DNA of 64,000 nt. It comes from Antedon mediterranea. Its lineage: Eukaryota > Animalia > Echinodermata. The stretch covers positions 11,013,888 to 11,077,887 of the forward strand of contig NC_092676.1 of assembly GCF_964355755.1 (NCBI RefSeq). Direction: 5' to 3'. How positions within the stretch are numbered: position 1 is the stretch's first letter; every line of letters begins with the position of its first letter. The translations under genes were made by a program, and so were the position numbers. Shown in pieces: positions 54,212-64,000 of the stretch. Under the pieces are notes generated by a model that did not search any database, was not told the origin of the DNA, and was given only the letters and a program-made list of their open reading frames with translations.

Positions 54212-55849
54212 TGTTTGTGCTTGCTTAGGTGTGACGACCGCGTTTGGATTTGAACCTTGACGATCAAGATTATGTTGTTCAAATTAAGTAAAGCTTTAGA
54301 AAAAACTCAGTTACAGCACTTTTTTGTATATAAAATAGTATTTTAGACGGTCGTATAACAATCAGCACTAGTTGAGTTGTAGTTTGCTTTGTAGACGATA
54401 TAATAAATCGCGAAGTTTAAGCCTATGCAATACGTAGTCCACCGTACAATAGGCCTACTTGGCTCGTCTTGGTTGGCGTCCCTAGTTACCGGTGGGTGGC
54501 AACCAGTGTACTTGTGGCGCGAAGGCCTAGCTGATCAAGATTTTGAGAAGAATGGTTTTGACTTACAAATTATAGATTTTTGTCGTTTTCTTCAATCAAT
54601 AACGATTTTTTGTTAGTTTATGAGCTGTTTCACGTCAAATATATCCAAAAAAGCCGGAAATTAGTCCCTTTTAGAGTCGGTTTGGTGTAGAGAAAAAAAA
54701 TCGGATCTTTGCTGTGTGACGCCACCAACCGCAGTTGATAAATAAAAATATTTATTATATTGATAAATAAAATATTAATCACGCCACCAAGATAAGAGCG
54801 CGCGAAAGCATAGCCAACAAGGTCACTAAAGGTTGTTGAGCATGTACAGTAAACAATATATTAGGCAAGCGGCAGTTTCGTTGTTAAGCATGGTTAGTTG
54901 ATATTTAGTAAGATCTAATAATTTTCGGCCCTTCCCACTGCTATTGTCAATAATTATCTTTTTACGTTCGTTGGCTAGTAAGATGATCGGAATATCAGTA
55001 TCACCGGAACTGGAACGCACTACACAGATAGTGAGATTACCAGAGTTTTCATCAAGAGCATGGTAGGTCAGATAAGATCTTTTTGTATCAGCTTCAATAT
55101 GGTCGCTGGACAAAGATGGTACTTCTGTGCAACTGTTTGATGTTATCTTCGTACAAATATTTCCCATTGCAAAGTTCGGTCCACAAGAAGACTGGCCCCT
55201 TCTTCACAAGAAACCTTCTCAATAAGCTCCATCATTCTTTCTTTATTTCTACCATTGCACATAAACTGTAAGTATACTCTAATAGCGCTCGTCCGTGGAG
55301 ATCCACAGATTTATTTAAAATAACCAATAAAAATCACAGTTTGCAAATAATATAATTTAACTGAAATTCACTCTATTCACAGAAAATCATTGCGAGATCA
55401 TCCTCCGCCATGGTTTTGGTAAACGTTGCCAGTGTTATGGCATCATACGTCCACTCGCACCCATGTCCAGAGAGCGAACGGCACAATGCCACTAAACAAG
55501 TTCTCAAATTTGGCAGTCGACGTACCAGCATGTGCATATAATAAACATGACGTCACTTGGTAGAAGTTGACATAGTCGAAGTGAAAATCTAAAAGTTCCT
55601 ATTGTAAATCAGGGGATCAGCAATTACAAAACTACATATATATATATATATATATATTGTATGTCTGATTGCTCCGTTGACATGTACAGTATGCGTCGAG
55701 GATTAATTGACGACAAAAATGTATTGCTGAGCAATTTTTTTTAATTTCATGAAAATCTGAAACCAGGAAGTTCCCTTTCTTACAACCATGCTTTGAGTAT
55801 CAAAATATGCAATGTTTATATTATTTGCATTATCATTTTGTTCGTAAAA

Positions 55850-56625
55850 CTTCTAAAGCTATACGGGTTTGCTGTCTGGTTCTAGATCGAATTAGTAAAA
55901 GGATAAATATTGCGTCTGAAATATCCAGATGAACTAGTAACAACAACCATACAGAACTTTAAACCAACAGAGAGCAATAACAACACTTCAGAAGGCGAAA
56001 CAGATAATAAAACCGAAATACCAGTGCGAATCATCCTGCCATTCTAAGACCAGAAATCTGCGAACTCCGTCAAGCGACAACTATGCCAACTAAGTCACAA
56101 GATAAACAAAAACATTGTCCCTGTATTCATAAGTAAAAAAGTTAAAGATAACATTAGGAAAGTTGAAAAGAAACCAACTATTATAAGTCAATAATGTGGT
56201 GTGTATAAATTTAAATGTGATTTGTTTGATGCAAGTTATGTTGGATATACATGCCGACACCTCTACCAACACATTGTTGTGAACATAGTAGATGCTTAAT
56301 AGGACAGCATTTAAAGGATCATAACGTGATTTGTTAATCCAAGTAAAATTAATTCATGTTTTAGTATACTTAGAAAATGCAAAAACTAATTTGACTGCCT
56401 TATCTATGAAATGTTGTATATCAGACAATTAAAACCTAGTCTGAATAAACAAAGTGACTCTGTAAAAGCTAAGCTTTTCATTTGACAGGATAGTCTTTTG
56501 TTATTTAAACTTTGACCCTTGGCTTGTGCTATTTAATTAGTTGGTATTTTAAATTTATTCATTGGACTTGATAATGACCCCATGATGGAGTCGAAACGTC
56601 GTTCTTTTTTAAGCGTTATTTTATA
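55850..56625 (+). mobile_element. Penelope-like 3' remnant A
   Basis: Decayed GIY-YIG region (VYKFKCDL..YVGYTCRHL, CLIYEMLYI, DSVKAKLF) followed by CTTGATAATGAC..GTCGAAACGTC at 56567-56600. Confidence 0.75.
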
Positions 56626-56859
56626 TTATGTAAATATTGTTTCATACGTATAATACTTTAGCTCACAATTTGTAGTTTTCAGACAAAAATCAAAACGCCG
56701 ACTGGTGGACTAACATAAACAAGAAATATTTCTTCCAAAAAACGCCGCTCGACTTGAACTATTGTTCTTTCTTCACAAATAGGATTTATTATCAATTATT
56801 AGTTTGATCCTTGTACGGTAGTTACTTGTTGTAACACGGTTACTAAACAACTTAAACAA

Positions 56860-57420
56860 CTTAGTGCGAAGATTGAAAATGATATTTTACCAGTATTTAC
56901 TAGTCGTAAGATAGGTGACACCTTAAAACCTAAAGAAATGAAACCCAGAATCATTAATTCACAATGCGTTGTGTAGAAATTTCAATGTGGTTTGTGTGAT
57001 ACAAACTATGTCGGTTACACTTGCCGACACCTTTACAAACGCATTAATGAACATAACAAAAGTATTATAGGTGATCACCTAAAACAACATGGCATAACTG
57101 GTGATATCTCAGAATACTTTAGAGTCTTATCTAAATGCAACAATAAGTTTGATTGCCTAATTAAGGAGATGTTGTGGATCAAAGAGATAAAACCTACATT
57201 CAATAAACAATCGGATTCCATCAAAGCTAAATTGTTTATCTAACTCAGTAGGAGGAGCTAATTACTTAATTAGCCCTCAATTAGCATTTCCTGTCACCAA
57301 CTTTGGTGCTTAGTGCACATAATTATTATTGTTTTGTATTCACTTGATCTTGAAAATTGTTCTATGATGGTACCGAAACGTCGATCTCTCTTTTTGTCAT
57401 TACATTTTATATTGAAATTA
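56860..57420 (+). mobile_element. Penelope-like 3' remnant B
   Basis: ORF 56992-57243 (YVGYTCRHL..CLIKEMLWI..DSIKAKLF) plus CTTGAAAAT..CCGAAACGTC at 57349-57382. Confidence 0.75.
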
Positions 57421-58694
57421 TATAGTAAAGGTCTTTTAATTCGTAATAATTGAACTGTAAACATAATTCTTTTGAGTGTTTGTTTATTTACATAATTATC
57501 ATATCATTCCCTTCAGATCAACTATTTTTTATTTTCATTACATCTAACCAAACACGTAACAAAAGTGGTTAAAATATCTTATCATCTAACACGTACGGCC
57601 GTACGCGCTAGATTGTTTTTGTAGTTGAGCCTCTCATGACCTGGGATTTGTATGTCTTCCTACGCTAAGATTATATAGTTCCACATGCCATGTGCTTTTT
57701 TCCCTAAAATATATTTCCCAAAAGCCCCGTTTTTTTTCTTGATATGAGGCCTTTATTATTCAAATTTTTTAAAGAAAAAGCACACATACCATAAAAAGTA
57801 TCCATGTATTTCATTTTTTGGAACAGAATATTCCGTGAGGCTCAACTACAAAACCACCATTTTGTGATATGATGTCATCGTAAGCCAATCAAAGCTGAGC
57901 TTTCTCGTGATTGTCTTTGCTCACGGTTGAATGATTTTGGATTCTGGCTGATTTGATTGGTGGATGCGAATCACCCGCAGCGGAATGTTTTCTCTCGCGC
58001 GTGTACCATGAAGTCGATCATACGGTCTCTCTGATCGTTACTACACAAAGTTAGAGCAATGAATTTGTCCGAATTCCGTTAAGTAAACAACTTTATATAT
58101 TTTATAAGCATTTAATAACATGTTTTATTGATATTTCCAATGGTGATATATAAAATAAATTACTAAAAAATGTAATTATATGTAATTATTTTAACCAAAA
58201 ATTAGAATTGTCGACTGAGGCCGCAAATTGTTTTATTTTCGGCGATGTTTTAGACCCTATATTTCGAAAACTACAAGTCAGATTTTCGTGATTCTTTCTT
58301 TATTGTAATATTAATACAGCATACTATGCAATTCTAGAACATATATTGATCAGGTGTATGTACAGGTAATGACACTAATTTTGTCGGCAAATTGGCAATT
58401 CCCGCCCCCCCCCCCCCCCCAACTTCAAAATCCTGGATACGCCACTGAATGATATTATACATTCTTTATTCTCGTGGGTCTAATCTTTCCATCTCATGTG
58501 TTCATATACGCAACAGATGTGTAACAGCAACCGTTCTTCTTTTGAACGATCCGAACAGGCAGGGGAGCAAGAGAGAGAGCTAGCTAAGGCCTAGGAGTAC
58601 AGTGTAGATGCATGGTAGATGCAGGTACGTGGTGATGTGTGTGAAGAAGAATACGCGAAGGCAATCACGTGAATTGTGAACAACTAATGAATTA

Positions 58695-60208
58695 TTAGGT
58701 GATCATTTAGAATAAAATGATCACCTATTCTTATTGTATAAAATCTTTAATTAAATGTCAATCACAAATATTTCAGAATATCTTTAAAATAATTTAATTT
58801 AGTCATAGTTAGCTTTTCAGCGTTATCACTTATCCGTGACGTCATTTATACGCCATTTTGTGAAATCACATTATTAATCATATCTCCATAACTCTTTATC
58901 ACATATCAATAAAATTCACTATACGTAAAATTCAGGTAAAGGGTAAAAATATTAGCCAATAAAATGCACGCGCACGTAGCGTCATGCGCGTAAAATCGCG
59001 CGTTAAAAATTTAAAAAGCTCAAAATTAAGTTTTGATCAATTTAGAGCATGAATTAGGCCATTTGCGAGTTTCAAAAAATTACTGCGCAAAAAAAAATTG
59101 TGCGCGCGCGATACTTAAAAAGCCTAAAAAATATGATTTTTACAAATCGCATTCTACTCACTATCCTTAGTACATTTACCAAATTTGAGTCTGTCCCGAC
59201 TTAAAATGGCGCTATACGAGCAGGTTAAAAATTACAAAATGCGCAAATAAATTGCATCAAAGTGCTGAAAATGATGAAAAATAAGGTATTTTTAAAATGA
59301 AAATACTTCTTCAGAATGCACGATGACCCCCATTTTTTTTTTTACGTATTCTGGAAGCCATTGAGTTGTAGATATGAATTCATGTACACATTTTACGTAC
59401 AAAATGTTGTGAGGTCATAAAATGGCCACTTGAATTTAAAATTAAGTTTTTTTTCTCTTTCGTCATATTTGATCACATTCAATAGAACGCATCTCTATTA
59501 TTTTGTGCCCGATTTCGCTCAAATTTTAGTATGTAATTACTCAATTAATTGACTTTCTCATGACTTGCCACTATTTTTATTTTGATGACGTCATCACGCA
59601 TAAAAACTTGAATAACTTAGGTCGTGTAATTTCAACTTCGCCGTAAATTTGAATATCTTACAACTCTTCAGAATTGAAGGTTACCTTGATGATTAGAATT
59701 TATTATGGAAGCTGATGAAATGTAGATATGAATTCATATAAAAATCAAGCCTATCGAATGTTGTGACGTTAACATATGGCCAGATGAAGTTAAAAAGTAG
59801 TTTTTTCATCTTTTTCGTCAAAGTTATACAAATTTCAAAGAGCGCGCACAGCGCTTCTACGTGCCAGATTCTCTTCCAATTCTTACATTTAATTGCTCAA
59901 TTCATTATCTTTCGAAATTGTCATCTTCGAGTTTATTTTGATAATTCCATCATACCAAAAAATTAGAACATGATGTGTGTCCCGTAATTTCACCTATGCT
60001 ACACTGTATATAGATATACAGTATATACTGTACATATTGTATATGGCATATAATGGGCACAACTCAGCACTATAAGCATATAATAGGATGGTATACATCA
60101 ACATTTTTTGATCGTATGTTAACGTACGTGCATGTTTTAAAAAAATAATTCAGTAAAAGGATAAAAATGATCACCTATATTTCGTCAAAGTGACGAATTA
60201 AATTCTAG
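58695..60208 (+). mobile_element. Helentron/DINE-like element, copy 2
   Basis: Same termini and hairpin as 5901-7497. Inserted at a TT within a Mutator-like MITE arm (GAATTATT^CATGTTTATT, intact at 28439-28456). Confidence 0.75.
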
Positions 60209-60824
60209 TTCATGTTTATTTTGTGACGTTACATAAGGGGTCTCCAACTTATGTACGAAAAAAAAATCGCGACCCGGCAAACATACTCTAGGGATAATGA
60301 CGCAAAATTAAAAGTTAATATTTTTCAAACAAATTATACATTAGTATTTTGTATCTATATTATAATAAAAAAATAATTATGAAAATCCGACTTGTAGTTT
60401 TCGAAATAAATAAGATCTAAAACATCGCTGAAAAATGCGCCCTCAGTCGGCAATTATATGAACTACGTCATTTTTCGATAAAATAGCGACATAAAAATAA
60501 TTACAGTTTTTAGTAATATACTCTCTTTTCCCAAACATTCTTTAGGTCGTTGGACCTATAAATTGGTCGAGTTTACAAATTCTCATTTCTGTCAGCTGTA
60601 GTAAGTTAAAGCTTCGCGTGTGGTAACTGCTTCTGAATGCTTATGTCCTCGGAGAATATAGCTGAATGTAGCTGTAGTAACACTGTACCAATAATTGTTC
60701 AGTCAGAGAATGGGGTGGATGAATAATAATGAAAAGATTTAAAACACTTTGTGTGCACTGTCAATATTTATTCTGCGTATGTGATACATTATTAGCTGCT
60801 TCAAAATTAAACACCAAACATTAA

Positions 60825-61155
60825 AGATGTATTGTCTCCCTGAAAAAATAATTCTTAAACAATTTTTTGTTGAATATGCCATTTTAATGTCACCTAATAG
60901 TTATCCACTTTGACCAACAATTGGATCGAAAAAAAAAATTTTTTTTCTAAAAAAACTGTAATTTAAAGCAACAATTAGTCAAATTGGCTGCCAGCCAATG
61001 GGTTTGTGGTTGAATTTAACTATTTATTTTGTCATTTTATAAGTGAAAGCATTAATTCACGGAAGTGATTAACTTTATTAAAACTTCAAAATAATATATT
61101 CAAAGTCCGATTTTATTAATCTTTATACTTCATGTTTTTAGGGGACAATACATCT
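60825..61155. mobile_element. TTAA-flanked MITE (Kolobok-like)
   Basis: TTAA-AGATGTATTGTC..GACAATACATCT-TTAA; a partial relative lies at ~10760-10825. Confidence 0.75.
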
Positions 61156-62159
61156 TTAAGCAATGCTTATCAATAATGGTAAAGATCTATTAATTAATGT
61201 AAATGTGTTTACAATGCGAAAAGTAATGAACTTATTCATTATTAATACATTCAAATGAATGTTTCAGTTATAGGCCTAATTATAATACCAAATTTGTTCC
61301 GGAACTGGACTTGCCGTATGATCTTTCGAAACCTTTAAGATTATACATATGAGAGAGTACATGTTAACAGTTTTTTTTTTAAAGTGATTATATTGTCAGA
61401 AAAAATCTAAGCAAGTATTTGTTATGCAAACAATTCTTTTTTTACGCAAAGAGTTTTTGAAGCATGACATGATATGCCTGAAGATATTATCTCAGCTCAG
61501 TCTCTATTAATGTTTTTTAAAAACCGCTTGGACAATTTCTGGAGAGAATAAGATATGGGATCTAATAGAATAAAACCTAAACAAACCCCATATGTTTAAT
61601 CTTTAATCTAATTTAATTAACATTATGATGAGTAATTGCTTTGTGTATATAATTTTCTCTGCTGCTGAGAAGACATTTCAAATAACAAAACCAAAACGAA
61701 CGAAATATTAATTAGTTAAATGTTATGCAATAAAGGAAAGGATAACTACAATTCTTAAACATCTTCAACAAATGATTGTTTCGGGTATTAATACGGTACA
61801 TCATGCTTGAATGTTTGCATTGCGTTGTTAGATGCTATCTGTAAAAAAAGTAAAACGTGAATTGTTTTAAATGTGATGGAAGATAAATGTTTTATGCGAT
61901 GTTGTACAAAAGCCACCCTTTCCTGACGGACTGTATTAATTCAAGCTTCAACGGTGAAGCCTGTTTTGCAGAAAATCTACAAATTCCAGCACTGGTCTTA
62001 CAATTGATTATTTGTCTGGTCCACAGGTCACCATCTCGGACATTCTCCCCTCAACCACTAAATATTCAGGTTTGACATCCGTAAAGCAGGATGCTGCTCC
62101 AGTAGTTAAAGATGTGCTTAATGATAACTGTCTTATGAACAGTTTCGTATTAAATATGA

Positions 62160-63010
62160 TATACGTTTGGCTTCCTTGACATACCATGATATAATTGTAG
62201 CTATTCCTAAAATATGGAGAGATGCCATGCAATCTAAGAACTATGATATAATTTTAAAACAAAAAAGTGAAGTAATTATAGCATCGGATTTAAAATTAAT
62301 AACAAAACTTGCATACACATTAATAATTAATCGTATTAGTACTCTTATCTCCCGCATACCTGTATCAAATTGGAAAACGAATTTTTACATATAGCTGACT
62401 GGGATGTGTTATATAAATTAACATACAAAAGTACAATAGACACGACAAGACTGATATATTTTCAGTACAAAATATTAAATTGTTCTTGACTACAAATGTT
62501 TTACTAAAAAAAGATTCTTTTAAGGAAGAGCCAGGGTGTTTGCAATATCTTTTTTGGAAATGCAAAAATTAATATCATTTTGGAAAGACGTCCAACTCTG
62601 GTTGAACAATAGAAATATGAAAATAGTTTTTAATGCAAAAATTATATTATTGGATTTTCCAAAACTTTCTGTAATAAATTTCATTATTTCGATAGGAAAA
62701 TACTATATTTATAGATGTAAATGGAGAAATATAGCAGTAACACTAAAATATTTCCTAGTCGAACTAAAATATCTCCAAAATATGGAATGGCACATTGCAC
62801 AAAAAAGGATAAAATAGATATGCACTTGAAAAAGTGGTTACATATCGGACAGAATGGGTAGTTGAAAACCAATGTTAGGTAATAGCTCGAAATCTGATCG
62901 CTTATATATTTTTTACATATTCACATTTGGTTATTGGTTAATGTATAGTATTATGTAAGTTGTGTATATATGGTGTTTTTGTGGGTTTTTTTAAACTGAA
63001 AACAAAGTTA
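62160..63010 (+). mobile_element. L1/Tx1-type LINE 3' remnant
   Basis: IVAIPKIWR and FWKDVQLWL..INFIISIGKYYIYRCK resemble the C-terminal region of Tx1/L1 ORF2; decayed. Confidence 0.55.
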
Positions 63011-63345
63011 TTAAAGACATACTGTTTTTGGTACCATGAAATATGAAATCAATAATTAAAATAAAAAACGGATGCTGCCCAAAAAATTTGCAAAATACGG
63101 CTTTAATTAACTTGCTTTTTTAATTGTCGTAACAAACTGGTGTATTTAGTATCTAGTAATTTTATTACTGTAGCTTATTAGCCGTGGCACTAAGTGGGTT
63201 AGGCAGTGTTGGCGAATATTTATGACTATACCAAAATAACCTAAGCATTTACGCTTGAAGTTTTTATAAAAAAGTTACCATCACACACTTACAAATACCT
63301 TAGACCTTTGTGATTTAACTTTCTTTTAATGATTATAATTTTTAC

Positions 63346-63964
63346 CTGGACAAAAATCTTCATTTGAACAACTTCTATGTTCTTCAGATGACCCAATGCA
63401 ATGTGTACCACCACAAAATGCTGAAGTTACTTCACTCCGAGTTCTTGATTGTGAACCACCACTCCCACAAGTTACAGAACATGATGACCAGTTTTGCCAG
63501 TCACTCCAAACACAATTAACCTGATCTTCATCGACGCACTGTCTCGATTCTGTAGGTGATCCACTGCTGCAATCCGTGCCTCCACATACTGCCGATGTCT
63601 TCACACGTGTTCTTGTTGATGTACCCATTCCGCAAGAAACAGAACAGGCTGCCCATTCCTGCCAGTTTCCCCAAACACAATTTACTGAATTTCCAGGATT
63701 ACAAGTTCTTGTTTCGTATGATGGTCCACTACATCCTCCTCCGCCACATGATGCATGGACTCTAATAGTCCGGCTTCTCGATTGTATTCCTCCGCTTCCG
63801 CAGGTTATTGAACAAGATGACCATGCTTGCCAGCTGTTCCACTGGCAGTTTCCTGGACTGCACGATCGTCTACGTCGTCTACGTCGTCTAACTCTAAAAC
63901 CCGCGTCAACGAGTAGTAATTCTAATACAACTAAGCATACCAAAAATACCAGAGTAGCTTGCAT
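63346..63964 (-). CDS. Secreted thrombospondin type-1 repeat protein, first coding exon (signal peptide, poly-Arg, 3 TSP1)
   Basis: Acceptor just upstream of ATG 63964; MQATLVFLVCLVVLELLLVDAG; three WxxWxxWxxCSxxCG..R.R repeats; phase-1 GT donor at 63345. Confidence 0.85.
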
Positions 63965-64000
63965 TTCTCTAAAAAAAAAACAAGAAAACAAAAATGTAAC

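Larger units (their letters stand above)
49081..54735 (-). mobile_element. Near full-length CR1/L2-group LINE
   Basis: (TTGAA)n 3' tail at 49081-49104; ORF2 with APE and RT; ORF1 with PHD finger and esterase-like domain; 5' end approximate. Confidence 0.9.

Overview
AT-rich metazoan (invertebrate-like) genomic DNA dominated by transposons. Host genes: the three 3' coding exons of an NHS/NHSL-family gene (+, 11163-16833) and a signal-peptide plus 3xTSP1 exon (-, 63346-63964). Mobile DNA includes a decayed DIRS element interrupted by a TTAA (Kolobok-like) insertion, three Penelope elements with hammerhead-type motifs, a Gypsy provirus with four nested insertions, a near full-length CR1/L2-group LINE, two Helentron-type copies and several MITEs. 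The most unusual object is an 11.26 kb Polinton/Maverick-derived element (36271-47532; AGTAGT termini, 6-bp GAGATG target duplication). It is almost entirely one palindrome, with ~5.4-5.5 kb arms and a ~350 bp spacer. It holds only fragments of integrase, protein-primed PolB and packaging ATPase, but keeps a Bcl-2-like ORF and an acidic ORF with SUMO-interaction-like motifs. This resembles an integrated snap-back/copy-back defective viral genome. All family calls come from motif recognition by eye; no database searches were run.
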